64,000 bases of DNA, from contig NC_043007.1 of assembly GCF_006345805.1 (NCBI RefSeq), positions 41,478,001 to 41,542,000 of the forward strand, given 5' to 3'. Positions 26,933 to 40,125 of the stretch are shown here, piece by piece. Made by a program: the position numbers and the translations under genes. This stretch comes from Octopus sinensis (Eukaryota). Position 1 is the first letter of the stretch, and the number at the start of each line of letters is the position of its first letter. The notes beneath the pieces were generated by a model that worked only from the letters and a program-made list of their open reading frames with translations, had not been told where the DNA came from and ran no database searches.

Positions 26933-28136
26933 GGGGTTGGTGATTCCTGCTGTACTCTTTCACCACTCTTTCTCCCATTCTTTCTTCTGTTGGCCTGCTC
27001 GCTTAGCCAGCAGGGTGGCGTCATTCGAAGGCCAAAACAATGCGTATGCATTGTGACCAGCGATGTGTAACAACATCTGATGGTCTGGTCGGTCACATGA
27101 TCACGTGATATGTATGTATGTATATATATACACAAATATATTATGGAGGTGCTCCAGCATAGCCACAGTCAAATGACTGAAACATGTAAAAGAATATATA
27201 ATATATTCATGCTTGTGAAGCCCAGAAGGTCACTGTTGAAAGAAAAGTTGATATATTTATTCAGAGTTTACTCAGATGTTGAACTCTTATCCAGTAAAAT
27301 TAGTGCACTTAATCAGTGCTTATATCCACTATCGTAATCTTTTATAGGATCATTTAATAAAGAAAATTAGAAGTGTTAAGCCTAACATTTCTTCTGGTCA
27401 TCAGTTACTTTAACACTTAAAGAAATCAACTTATAGCAGCAATTTTATTCTATTGTTTTTATGTTCACCTCTGCGTCACTGAAATCTCAAAGCTACAAAA
27501 TAGATGCGTGATTAATTCAAAACACTATGAATAAATAAGCATTACATTAGACAGAGTAATTTGAATACTAAAAGATTGATGTTCTTTTTTTTTTCTTAAT
27601 TAAAAGTTCTCTTATTGGAACTCCAGCCTGGTCTACTGGGAAAGTTAGGAAAAAGTCTGAATTATCATCATCCTTATTTAACGTCCACTTTCCATGCAAG
27701 TATGGGTTGGATGGTTTAACAAAATCAGCTTTGGCATGGTTTCTATACCCTTCTTAATGTCAACCACCTTACAGTGTGTACTGAGTGTTTTTTCCACACA
27801 ACCAGCACTAATGAGGTTGCCAAGTAACTTACAAGGAAGAAAAACATTGAGAAAAGGAAAAAGGTCTCATTTGGAAAAGAGCTCCTAGTGCATGTGTTGA
27901 TTCTTAATAGTCCTACAGGCAACAGGGATAGTGAATATAAATGTTAAGTGTAGTTTAGCTAATGAATATGAATTTTGTTTCTAGATCAGTGAAATAATAT
28001 ACACTCTGGCTCAAGCAACATTTTAGGTAGGAGAATAACTAATAAGGAGAATTCCTTTTTGAATGGTGAACAGAATGAGAATAATCTACATTTGTTGGTT
28101 TAATAAAAGGTTTCATTTAAAACTCCAAGAACAACA

Positions 28137-28365
28137 TTAACCATTTAGTGTTCAGATTACTTTGTTAAATGTTATGCTTATTTATTCAAATAATTTTGTA
28201 TTAATAATGCATTATCTTATAGCTTTGAGGGTTCAGTGATGCGATTGTTTATTTTTAGAATGACATTGTAGGGTATGTGTGAGAGGCTAGATATGATCAG
28301 TTTGAATGTAAAACCGGTAGAATATTTGGGCTGGATATGGCCAGTTTAAATGCTCAAGGGTTATT
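28137..28365 (+). mobile_element. Second piggyBac-like MITE family
   Basis: ttaaccatttagtgttcag...tttaaatgctcaagggtta: TTAA-CC..GGG-TTA termini with short inverted ends. Confidence 0.55.
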
Positions 28366-28499
28366 AAACATGCTTGGAACCTGAAGCAACTAAGTGGATG
28401 CAAAGCTGAAATGTTGTGACTACATCAATCTTGTTTGAATACAGAAGTATGTAGTAGTGATAATTTCATGGACACTAATCAGAATATAGTAGTGTATAA

Positions 28500-29250
28500 T
28501 AATGTTCACTCCACTGGATGTGTAATGCCAGTGTGCATACATGACAGAGTGTAAACGCCCTGAGAGGAAGGTTGGACATAAGAAGCATCAGATGTGGTGT
28601 GTGCAAGAGAGACAACTGTGCTGGTAAGGTCATGTGTTGTGTATGGATGAGGACAGTTGTGTGAAAAAGTGCCACACCCTAGCAGTAGAGGGTACTTATG
28701 GAAGAGGCAGACCCAGGGAGATCTGGAATGAGGTGGTGAAGCACAACCTTTGAACATTGGGCCTCACCGAGGCGATGACAAGTGAACGAAACCGTTGGAG
28801 ATATGCTGTGCTTGAGAAGACCCAGCAAGCCAAGTGAGACTGTAACTGAGGCCTATGCCAGTGCAGCATAACCAACCAATTTAAGAGTACCCTTTAATCA
28901 TTGGGCAATAAACTGCGCTTGCAAAGACCTGTTGAGGCAAGTGAAGTCATTGTCAAGGTCAATGCCAGTACCACCTGACTGGTCCCATGCCAGTGGAACC
29001 TAAAAAGCACCATTCAAGCATGTTCGATGCCAGTATCGTCTGACTGGCCCTCATGCCAGTGGCACATAAAAAGCACCCACTACACCCTCGGAGTGATTGG
29101 CATTAAGGAGGGCATCCAGGTGTAGAAACTTTGCCAAATCAGATTGGAGCCTGGTGCAGCCTTCTGCCTTGCCAGCCCTCAGTCAAATCGTCCAACCTAT
29201 GCCAGCATGGAAAGCAGACATTAAATGATGACGATGATGATAATGATTCT
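28500..29250 (+). mobile_element. RTE LINE 3' end with UTR and (GAT)n tail
   Basis: WMCNASVHT...GHVLCMDEDSCVKKCHTLAVEGTYGRGRPREIWNEVVKH...LGLTEAMTSERNRWRYAVLEKTQQAK*, then UTR ending gccagcatggaaagcagacattaaatgatgacgatg. Confidence 0.88.
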
Positions 29251-29589
29251 CCATCTCAGAAATTCAGATAAAATATCCTTTTTTTTACTTACAAAGCATG
29301 GAGGAACGAGCACAATTCCTGTGACCTTCACTGGCTCTCTGAGATTTGTGAGACTGATGTTAATGTTCCTTTAGAATCATTACACATCAAGACTAACAGA
29401 GAAGGAGTTCCAGAGGCATGACATTATGAGAAGGAAAAACTGGGTGCAGGGGTCAACGATGGATTAACCATTAAGCAAAATAAGCACCCCGGAAATGTTA
29501 AATGGTTTACAGCACAAAAGAAATCACTTTACACTTGCTAATATAATATTCGGGATGCAAGGACTGAGAGGTTGGACACAATTAAGGTG

Positions 29590-30400
29590 AAGGTGGCATG
29601 AACCCAGCCAACTCTGCGGAGTAGAGATCATTATAATGCCTGTTGAAAAGGCAGGTGGGCTTGGCAGTGGGCCAGAAACTAGGTTGAAGTTTTTGTGGGT
29701 GACTCTTTTAGATGTTGTCTAGGACATTTGAGTGTGCATCAACAGCACTGTCCCAGATATGAAAGTATTGCTCTATTCTTGGCCTCATCTGAGCTTTCTA
29801 GGGTATTAATAATTCTTAAGGGCTGAAGTATATTTTGACTCTGAAGAGGAAGGCCAATGATTGTGATATGATTTTATGCATGTGTTTTCATCTGGAGGGA
29901 TCCTTGGTCACACTGTAGTTCAAGAGCTGGAATGATTACAAGAGCTATAGTTGTTACTGCTCATGACTGATATGGATGTAATACAATGAAGTTTTTCTTG
30001 GTATGTGAAGCATTTGTATTTTCTTGCAGCTGAGAGAGACAGGATTGACATTGAACCATTGACAGATACTTTTCAAGGTTTCTGTTTATGGAATTGATGT
30101 AGGTTTAGTGTATGGCGTCAAGGTCTGGATGATGCATGGCTAAGAAAGGTTAGGAAAGAATGAAGAGTATGTAGTTGGATATTATGGCATGTACATTATT
30201 GATGTATAGAAGAAAGTAAGACAGTGAGATGAGTCAAAACTGAACCCTGGAAGTATGTTGGAGTTGAAAGAATGAGATACTGCAAAAAGTCTATCAATCA
30301 ACACAGTGGTAGTGCAATCTGATTGTAAGCTACTGATCAAAGAGATGGGAGATGGGTGGGGTCCCCTAGGCAAGCATCTTGAGAGAAGATTTGTATACCA
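29590..30400 (-). mobile_element. Heavily decayed CR1/L2-group LINE fragments
   Basis: Minus strand KAQMRPRIEQYFHIWDSAVDAHSNVLDNI*KRV (compare LY...RP.LEY...W); an endonuclease-like remnant near 30200-30300. Confidence 0.55.
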
Positions 30401-31139
30401 GATACAGTCAAAAACTACACATGCACACACACATATAGATAGATAGATATAGATCTTTTATCTTTTACTTGTTTCAGTCATTAGACAGTGGCCATGCTGG
30501 AGCACTACCTTGAAGATTCTTTTTTTAGTCAAACTATTCAACTCCATTAGTTATTTTTTGAAGCCTGGTACTTATTCTATTGGTCTCTTTTGCCAAACTG
30601 CTAAGTTATGTGGACATAAACATACTAACACCAATTGTTAAGTGGTGGTGGAGGACAAACACAGACACACACACACACATATTATACATGATGGGCTTCT
30701 TTCAGTTTCCATCTATCAAATCCACTCACAAGGCTTTTGTAGAAGACACTTGCCCAAGGTACCACACAGTAGCACTGAACCCAGAACCATGTGGCTGGGA
30801 AGCAAACTTCTTGCCACACAGCCACATCTGCACCTACCATGTGTGTGCGAGTGCGTGCAAGTGTGTGTGTGTGTGTGTGTGTGTGCGCACATATCTTCTG
30901 TTGATGTATGTTGTTACAATTGTTATTTTGCCCCAGATTAGACCTGACTGTGCAGACCAATGCTCAAAAGCATTTCCACTGTGACAGTCATGTCTTTTCC
31001 CTCTCCTATATACAGTGTATCCAGGTCAACATTATCCAATGTCTGTGACCTCAGGCTAGAAAACAGTTGTTGTAGATATCATACTGAGGAATTGAAACTG
31101 TGTAGCTGTGCAAGGTGAACATTTTAACCCAACTGCTAT

Positions 31140-32460
31140 ACCTGTAGTCAATACACTGAGTTCAAATCTCACCAAGGTCAGTTTTTACCTTTCATGTCTC
31201 TGGAGCCAATAGAATATGTATCAGTGACATAATAAAGGCATTGTTTCATTTGGTGTTACTCTGTTTCATTTGCAAATTTACAATCCTTGAGTCAAAGTTG
31301 GAGATCTATATCAGAGATATAGGGTAACTAAACCAAATGGTCGACTGTTTTTAGTTCCATCTCTCTTTGTTCTGAGTTAAAATCCAATTAAATTCAACCT
31401 TGTTTCTCCCCCCCTCTCTCTCTGAATGATAAAATATCACCAGTCATCTATTGGTGTTAATTTAATTGCTATATCCCTACCATTATCCCTACTTAAAAAA
31501 CTTGTAGCCTTATCAATGGGAGAAATTATCATTATTATTGTTAAGGCAGCGAGCTGGCAAAATTGTTAGCATGCTGGGCAAAATGCTTTGCAGTATTTTG
31601 TCTGCCTTTACATTCTGAGTTCAAATGCTGCCGAAGACAACTTTGTCTTTCATCCTTTTGGGGGTCGATAAAATAAGTACCAGTTGAGTACTGGGTTCAA
31701 TGTAATCAATTTAGCCCCTTCCTTGAAATTGCTAGCCTTGTGCCAGAATTTGAAACCATTATTGTTCTTTAAGGCAATGAGCTGGCAGAATCATTTGTAC
31801 ACTGGGAAAAATGCACAGCCTCATTTCATCTGTCTTTACGTTCTGAATTGAAATTCTGCCAAGATTGACTTTGCCTTTCATCCCTTTGGGCTCAGTGAAA
31901 TAAGTACTAGTTTAGCACTGAGACTGATTAAATCAACAAGCCTCCGTCCCTAAAATTTCAGGCCTTGTGCTTATTGTAGAAAGGATAAGTGTTGTTGTTG
32001 TTGTTGTTGCTTAAAGGCAGTGGCATAGCAAAATCTTAAGAGCATCAGAGTTTATGCATTGCATTTTTGTTCCAGCTTTTTCTATTCTGAGTTCAAATCA
32101 AACTATAGTCAGCTTTGCCTTTCATCCCTCTGGTGTTTATGACATAAACTACAGGTTAAGTACAAGGATAAATTTAATCACCGAGACTCTTCTCTCTTCA
32201 GAATTGCTGACCTTGTACCTAAAATAGAAGCAATTATTGACATTGTTGTTATTGTTGATGATGATGATGATGATGATGTTCACTTGGACTGACAAAAATG
32301 GGGAAACACAAACTAAATGCTTGACAGAGTCTAGTTTTGTTTCTCAGTATTCTGAATTCAAATTTCTGTCAGGGTTGCTTTTGCCTTTCATTTCTCAGGA
32401 TCAATAAAATAACTAAAATATAATCCATGATAATGTGATGATAACCCTATTTGTGGTCTT
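31140..32460 (+). mobile_element. Head-to-tail array of 4-6 decayed SINE B-variant copies
   Basis: Heads at about 31543, 31771, 32013 and 32290; ttctgagttcaaat...gcctttcatcc core in each; (ATT)/(GTT)/(GAT) spacers. Confidence 0.75.
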
Positions 32461-32946
32461 GTACTGCTGGGAAATTTCCTTTTCTTCTTCACTTCCTCCA
32501 CCTCCTTCTCTTCTTCTTTCTCCCCTTCTCTTCCACCTCTTTCCCTTTTCCCCTCCTTTGAACCAGATATGGTTGGTTTAAATGCTCAACGTTTTAAAGG
32601 AACTTAAAATTGTAAAGGCACTATTTTGTTGATGTTCATTGGTGTTGCTTTTATTCATCTGTCAGCCAACCTTGATTGAGCAAACCTATAATCAAAGACC
32701 TTCCAGCTGTGACCATCTCATCTATACTATGGGCAGTGCATTTAGGACTATGTTATTAACCAGTGTATCTTTTCCTTCTTTTTTAAATTGATAGTGAACA
32801 ATTTGAGGGAGATTTTGTTACTGTTTCTTGTAGATTGAGCACTCGCATAGAAGCTAATTTTGATGTTGGAGTTGAAGTTCATTGCTGTTGTTGTTCAGTT
32901 CATTCATTGTTTTTTTTTTTGTTTTTATTTTTACTCAGCTTCCAAA

Positions 32947-33265
32947 ATGAAGAGTGAATACGAGCGTCAGTTCTCTCCTGTGGACCCAGAAATTTGTGAA
33001 ATTATCTATGAGGCCAACAAACTCTTTCGTACCCTCCGCCGCAAGCATGAATATGAACATACACCTTTGGGTATAAATAACTATAAAAATAATATGCAAG
33101 ATGGCGAAGAATCAGGCCAGCAGCTACCCTTCTTAAAAAAACTTATGCGTCGCTCCAACTCCACAGAAAGGCTCACATATACCGGTTATTATCATACCAA
33201 GAAGCATCCTCGAAGATCAAAGTCTGCTGATAGGTCATTGATGTACCAAAAATATGACAGAAAAG
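32947..33265 (+). CDS. CCSAP: CCSAP homologue, coding exon 1 (MKSEYERQF...YEANKLFRTLRRKHEYEHTP...QKYDRK)
   Basis: Polypyrimidine acceptor tttttattttt-actcag ends at 32938, ATG at 32947, donor AAAAG|gtaaaa after 33265 (phase 1). The N-terminus matches the remembered vertebrate CCSAP pattern KSEYMKRY...YRELLHYRLGRRLLEQAHAP. Confidence 0.85.
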
Positions 33266-33406
33266 GTAAAAACTTTGTACAGACATTATTACACTTGTGC
33301 TGTGTATGAGTTGCATTTGTGTGCATATAAGTGTGTATTTACATGTATATATGTGCAGTTATGAGTAAGCATATGTATGTATGATTGTGTTTAACTACAC
33401 ACACAG

Positions 33407-33461
<55 letters not shown>

Positions 33462-33657
33462 ATGTATGTGAATTTGTGTGCATGCGTGTGTATGATTTAT
33501 ATATAAGAGTGTATGCATGTCTGTGTGCATGCATATGTATGTACATTTATGCATTTACATATGTACTAATACTCCTGTTGATCCACCAATAGATTTGTAA
33601 TTGACTGTATGTGAATATCTATGCGAATGTGTGTATATGATTATGTGTATTTGTGTA

Positions 33658-33688
<31 letters not shown>

Positions 33689-34629
33689 TGCCATGTGTTT
33701 AAGCTTGTATGCATTTATTGTGTTTGTCCATGTGTGTATGTATTGTTTTTGATTAGTCATGTATGTATACATGCAAGCATGCATGTTTGTATGTATGGAT
33801 AGTTGGACAGATGCAGGCATTATTATTAGTTTCAAATTTTGGCACAACGCCAGCAATTTCGTGGGAGGGAGTCAGTCAATTACATTGACCCTAGTACACA
33901 ACTGGTACACATTTCAACCCTTAAAAGATGAAAGGCAAAGTTGACCACAGCAGCCCTTGAACTCAGAATGTAAAATCAGAAGAAACACCACTATGCATTT
34001 TCTTGGTGCAGTAATGATTCTGCTAGCCTGCTGCCTATGCATTAATAATGCCTTTCATCCTTTTGGGGGTCAATAAAATAAGTATCAGTTGAGCACTGGG
34101 GTCAATATAATCAACTTACCCCCTCCCTCAAAATTGCAGGCCTTGTACAATGTTTGAAACTAGTATTGAGATGGACTCATACAATCACTAACATGGAATA
34201 TTGAATTTAATCAACCCTTCTTTTTGAATAAGATTCTGTTGGTAATTTTAACACACTGTGTGTGTCATAAGTGGATTGGATTCTGTTTGTGAACATGTGT
34301 GTTGAGTCAGTGAAGTCATGGCCAAATAGGTAAGAAATTTGCTTTTGAACCTTGAAGTTGCAGGTGTAATCTTATCTTTGGTAAGCATCTTCTACTGTAG
34401 CTTTAGATCATCTCAGACCTCTTTAGTGTGACTAGATAAGCCGAAAATGTGTAGAAAAGCCTGTTGAGCACTGTAGCTAAAAAGCAAATGGTTGACTCTA
34501 TTACACAATGGTGCATGGCCTGGTGATAGGAAGATTGGACTCAAGATTGTAAGGTTGTAACTTCAATTCCCACATTGGGTAGTACATAGTTTTCTTGTGC
34601 ATGCCCCTTCGATTTGCATTGTTTCAGTC

Positions 34630-35412
34630 TACATGGTCTGATCAATAAGTATCCAGATTGTCACCGTAGTAACAAAGCTAAAGCACACAGTGTGAAGCTG
34701 CTCGGCACAGATTGACCTTGGACTCTGTTTTTCATGAGCACCAAGTTTTAATGTTCTAGCTCACTTCCACTGTTTACAGCAGTGCTTGGAAGGAAGGTGT
34801 GTAGCATGTGATTGTTGCATTGACCATGACAGAGAAAGTTGAGCAGAGAATCTGCATCAAATTTTGCCAAACAGTTAGCAATACCTGCTCAGAGACCTAC
34901 ACAAAGTTTTCAAAAAGTTTTCATCATTCACAACATAATCAAGGAGCTCTTGTAGAACCAAAACCTGAGTGTCTTTTTGGTTAGCTGAAAGCAGTTTTGG
35001 CACGAACTTGGCAGACACACATCTCACACCCAAATCTTCAGTGATAACGGCCTGAACTGAAACATAATTAATCTGCACATCCTCTGATAACTCATGGATG
35101 GTGATTCAATCATTTCCCCTCACAGCTGCATGCACAAATATCTGCAATATTTTTCTCAGTTCTGCGAGTCTCCCAGAACATTCATCACTATCAAAATTAT
35201 TTTAGCCATCTTGGAAATGTTTGAAACACTCGTACACTTGTATGCAGCTCATACATTCCTCTCCATATACTTTCTGCAACTTTGCATGGACCTCTGAGCA
35301 GGTATCACTGTGACAACTTTCTCTGTCATGGTCAATGCAACAGTCACATGCTACACACCTTCCTACCAAGCACTGCTGTAAACAGCAGAAGTGAGCTAGA
35401 ATGTTAATACTT
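34630..35412. mobile_element. Mariner derivative made of two inward-facing 5' ends
   Basis: Left: TIR-like tacatggtctgatcaataagtatcc plus MTEKVEQRICIKFC (+). Right (-): MTEKV..DTCSEVHAKLQKVYGEECMSCIQVYECFKHFQDG...LGVRCVSAKFVPKLLS. 88-bp inverted arms. Confidence 0.88.
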
Positions 35413-35600
35413 AGTGTGCTAGCCACTACACTTTCCTTATTTTCTCTCCGTTTCTTTCTGTGTTACTTTGTGTGGAAGAGTGTAGGCTCAAAACGTTAAA
35501 GACTTTTTCACTTCCTGAGCATTAAACTAATACATCTGTTTATTGTCTACACCACCTGTCTTTGTCTTGTTTTTTTGTGAATTCTCCCTATAGATATATG
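35412..35600 (+). mobile_element. Probable Penelope-like terminal repeat remnant
   Basis: gaagagtgtaggctcaaaacgttaaagactttttc...ttctccctata ending in a TA tract; resembles the CTGAAGAG..CTCGAAACG terminal motif as I recall it. Confidence 0.4.
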
Positions 35601-35607
35601 TATATGT

Positions 35608-35638
<31 letters not shown>

Positions 35639-35867
35639 AGACAATCATTATTCAAGTTGTTGAACTGCTAGCTGCAAGCAAGAATTGTGTTGTGCTCATA
35701 CTGTACTCTGTGTGTGTGTGTGTTGAATGTGATGCTGGAGTGAGAATTGTTGTGATGCAGATCAAACAAATGATAATTAAATTGTTTATATATATATATA
35801 CTTACTTGTTAGCCCTTTAATTCTGTTTTTTTTAACCAAAGCTAATGTCGATGTTTATTGTATTCAG

Positions 35868-36043
35868 TCGCAGAAGAACCAAAGCTTACTCGCACATCTG
35901 CAAAAACTGAAAGCCAAGAAAAGACAAATTCAGGCAAACCGAAGATACGAATCAAACTTCCACCATTTGTGGCATATGGAAGCGGTTGCTCTGGTCGAGA
36001 AATGGGAGATTTGAAGACACATAACGTAAATGCAACAAGCCAG
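35868..36043 (+). CDS. CCSAP: CCSAP homologue, coding exon 2 (VAEEPK...PPFVAYGSGCSGREMGDLKTHNVNATSQ)
   Basis: Acceptor tattcag|TC completes codon G|TC from exon 1; donor CAG|gtaagc after 36043 (phase 0). PFVAYG...KTHNV.A matches the CCSAP motif HPFALYGWG...KTHNVCAS. Confidence 0.88.
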
Positions 36044-37528
36044 GTAAGCTATTTTTTTAGTTGTCATTGTTGCTGTTGTTGTTGCTATTTAGTCCCAGTT
36101 CAGGTGTGATGTTTCTGAGCAATGATTAAAAACATTCCACTCTTGACAATCCAGCCTTTTATTTTAAATACAATATATCTAAGATCACACAATCCAATTG
36201 ACCGATTTTTTAATGATGGCAGTGTGTGAAAAGCCACCACAAGGCCCAGTTCATGTTGTAGTGTAGAAGCTTGTGTACTTCAATGACCTTGAACAATATG
36301 CCAGTAGAACACAAACTCCTGACAGAATATCCAATGCTGCTGGACAGGTCAACAGATAGAGGCCTAACAAATATGGACTAACCTCATCCCAGAGGTAAAA
36401 ATAGATTTGCATAGAGCCAACGTCCTTACCTAGAAACAAGGCAGAAACATTGATGACAATTGATAACCAACAAGACTTGGGAGAGGAAGGTCTTCTCTTG
36501 GGGAAGCCTATGATCTAGAAACTACAAAAGAGGTAGGAGAGAAGATGCCCTAAAAATAGTTGGAGGTGGGATACTGAGATAGTGAACAAGAAGGGATCTA
36601 ATTGGAGAGAAGCAGAAAGGACATCCCAGTGTTGTTCCCTATAATCTATGTTTCATAGGAAGTAAGGACTTAATAGTAAGTAATATGTGAAAATAGGTAG
36701 ATTTATTACATTAAACAATCCTCTGGACCATCTTTTTGTATGATGGTAGTGTGTGAAAGGAGGAAGACTTGGGCCGTTATTTCTAGCATGTTGAGTAACT
36801 ACATAGAATGTCCCATATTGAGACTGTGTTACTGTTAAAATCATTATTACTATTGTAGTTGTTATTTTATCCACAGATTAGTTCTAGTTGAGCAGATCTA
36901 TACCTATACACATTTCCAATTGTGACCATCCCAAAACCAGATGAGTGGAAATCAGACATTTTAACCACACATCTATCCCTGTTCGTATTTACATCTTCAT
37001 CATTTAAAGTCCACTTTTCCTTATTCACTCGGATCAGACAAATTTTATTGAGGTAGATTTTCTACAGCTGGATGCCTTTCTTGTTGCCAACCATCCACAA
37101 GCTAATACTCCCTGTAACCAGACAGGTTTCCATGGAAGACTAGAAATGAAGGACACCGCTTTTATGATGGGGACGTTTATTTAAAACTATCACATGAAGT
37201 CAAGGCAAGGTGACAGTTAACACACATATGCACATGCATATTTATTTATGCTATGTAGGTTGTTTTTTTTACTAAAATTATTGCCCATGGTTCTACAAAA
37301 CAAACTTCCTATTCTAAAGTGGTCTAAGTTAAAACCATCTTTCAAACTGCCAGGTTAATTTATGTTCCAGACACCAGCTTAGTAATGACGAAGTTATTTT
37401 CCTAAATTCATCATTATTTTCAAAATAAACTGTAACAAAGTCAGTGTATTTCAATGGAAATATGGTAACAAAAGATCTAAGCAGTATTTCTTTTTATTAT
37501 ATATATTTTCTCTCTCTTCTTTTCTCAG

Positions 37529-37735
37529 CCATCCAAGAATGTTATTCAACCAGCTCTTCTTAATGGTGTAATAAGAGCAGATAGATTGAAGCCAACAGAA
37601 ACAGCTAACCGAGCCAGATCACCATCCCCATTAACTGACATGGAAAGGAGCCACCATTCAGACACTGGTACATGGCTTTCAAAAGAAACAGCTCCTGATT
37701 GGAAAACAGAATATAGCAGTAACTTTTGTTCTTAG
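37529..37735 (+). CDS. CCSAP: CCSAP homologue, terminal coding exon (PSKNVIQPALL...RARS...PDWKTEYSSNFCS*)
   Basis: Acceptor ttttctctctcttcttttctcag|, phase 0, 69 codons to TAG at 37733-37735. Missed by the ORF track (no early ATG). WKTEYSSNF matches the CCSAP C-terminal WMTEYMRCY. Joined CDS is 702 nt = 233 aa. Confidence 0.88.
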   Translation, partial: PSKNVIQPALLNGVIRADRLKPTETANRARSPSPLTDMERSHHSDTGTWLSKETAPDWKTEYSSNFCS

Positions 37736-38200
37736 GGTCCATTGAAAATCTCTGTCCATTTTGTTATCTTCACTCTCTGTATATTAGGAGTCAACTGTGT
37801 TTTTTTTTTCTTTTTCATCTCTTCTATATTGAATGGTTTTTCTTTCTATTTGGGTTTCTTGTATTTGTTTTTTTTTCAATCAAATTCCTTTTCTTTGCTC
37901 CCCACTTTTAAAAAAGTTTCCTTGAGACTATCTTACAAAAACTTTGGTTGTTCCACATGTAAATCGTCAATCTAAATTCACAACCATTCATATTCACATT
38001 CACTGATTCAAAAAATTGTTTAATTTAATTTTTATTTTTTGATTTCAAAAGAGTAACAAAACAACACAAATTCTATTATAAATGATAGAATTTTATTCCT
38101 TCATTTTTAATTGAATATACATTTTCTGCATTTTATGTTATTTATTTAAAACTTTTTTAAATTAGATTCTCAACTCTCATCAAAATGATGTTTCGCATAA

Positions 38201-38206
38201 AATAAA
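38201..38206 (+). terminator. Candidate polyadenylation signal of the CCSAP homologue
   Basis: AATAAA about 470 nt after the stop, within a T-rich, repeat-free 3'UTR-like stretch; other AATAAA copies lie nearby. Confidence 0.35.
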
Positions 38207-39079
38207 CTCTTTTATCACAGAAAAGAGCTAAACAAAACTGATCTTAAAAAGAAGATAAAAATAACAAAACAAAATAAAACAAAGAATGTCTGTTGTCAGT
38301 AAAATTACCACTTTGGTGGCGCAATACATTGTTTTTTTTTTATTATCTGTGGCTCAGTGTCACATCAAATTGTGAGCGCAGCAGTCTCTAGTGTGACAGG
38401 CGGAGCATTTGTGAACCCAAGTAAAATATGCTGAAGTCAAGAGGCGACTGTTTGATATCTGCTGATAGCTGAGTTGCTGGTTATTTCCTCTGAAGTTTTT
38501 TCTCTAACACTAGACATCAAATGTCTTATACTCTCATATAGATATAGATGAAATGAATAAAGATATTGTGGTATCATGATGAAAGGAACATGTTGCAAAG
38601 AATTATCCAAACACTTTAGGATGTCTGTAATTATTTGAAAAGGTGCCATGCTCAGTCAAACTTCTCTTCCCATCCTGAATCAGTATTTTATCAGTTCTAT
38701 ACATTTCAGTTGAACAGTTTTTGATGACTGGAGTGAAATTCAAGACATGATCATTAGCAGAGGTTCAAGGTCTATGGCTATCACCTTGCATTAAAACTGT
38801 TAACGTTACAAAAAGAGTGGAGACTCATTTAAGTAAAAGCCAATTTTGTCGCTTTCTTTCCAGTTAATAATCATAATAGTGATAAGGATAATAATAATAA
38901 TGACCATAGTGATAATGACAATAATGTAGATAATAATGATAGTAATGATAATAATTATGATAATGAATCCTTCCTAATTTTGGCTCAAAGCCAGCAATTT
39001 TGTGGGTAAAGGGTTAGGTAATAACATCAACCTTGGTATTGGAACTTGACTAAATCAATCCCAAAAGGATGAATAATAA

Positions 39080-39122
<43 letters not shown>

Positions 39123-40125
39123 GGATGTCTAAAGGAGTCTAAGACTTTTGAGAACAAGGAAGCCAGTGTTTCATAGTTTTAAGTGGCTGACCAATATATC
39201 ACACCCCTGTTTCTAATTCAGAGGATATCAATCTAATGTAGATAATATTTTCAGAAGACTTCATACGTCTTCTGTAACAGATAAGTAAAATATAATGATG
39301 ATGATGATAATGAATTCATTGAATACAGTACTCAGGTGCTCTACAACTCATCAGGAAGGGTTAAAAGAGGAGACAGATAGTGAATTTATAAGTCAAGTAA
39401 AGAAACACCACAAAAGTTAGAAATGCATTCACAGTTCACAGAATAAAACAAAGAGATAGAACAGTGAGCACACATAGAATCAAGCATTTTTCTACAAAGC
39501 ATTATGAAATGCCATAAGCAGATATGAACTCATAGCCTGCCAGTTGGTAGTTTAATATCTAATTCACTTGGCTGTTTTCTTTTATGCAAAATTATAAAAA
39601 ATAAAAAAAAATAAAAAACAACTCAAATTGTATGTTTATTTCTGGATAAAATGTATTGTTTCGCATGTTTAGCAAGACTTCAAGAGACCATTTCATTAAA
39701 TATTCTTCCGTCCTAGCATTTTCTCTAACACTACCATTTTAACAATATTTTCTGCCGTCCTACCTTAAACAAGTGTTGCTTTGGAGATGTTCCTTGTTGC
39801 TTATCCAAGTTTGTTTTTGTTGGGTTTTTTTTAAGGGCTAAAAAAACGCTGAGAAACCTTATGGTCTTTTTGTAGCTAAAACTCACCATATTCAAATAAT
39901 TATTTCTCCATCTCTTACAAACAATAAATAGATTGGATTAGTAAAAAAAAATTACCTCTTTAGACTGTAATGTTTTTGATCATTGGTGATATTTACAATC
40001 ACAACCATAGGTTACTGTTTTTGTTATAACACAGTCTTTAGACAATAACACTAAGGAATTAATCAACATATAAATAGCATTGGCTTAATGGAGGCACAGA
40101 CATTGTGAGACTCATCCAGTGGAGA

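Noticed and set aside
32860-32946. Hydrophobic N-terminal extension of ORF 32860..33309, resembling a signal peptide
   Set aside because: It is the T-rich polypyrimidine tract of the acceptor at 32937-32938; homology starts at MKSEY.
35465-35500. Possible hammerhead ribozyme in the Penelope-like end (and ctgatgaagtcac on the minus strand near 26410)
   Set aside because: The catalytic core is broken (tggaaga instead of CUGANGA, aaaa instead of GAAA; the second site lacks GAAA). At most these are relics.
38437-38860. 70-aa minus ORF and coding-like composition downstream of CCSAP
   Set aside because: There is an in-frame stop just upstream of the ATG, all longer frames are interrupted, and I recognised no family motif.
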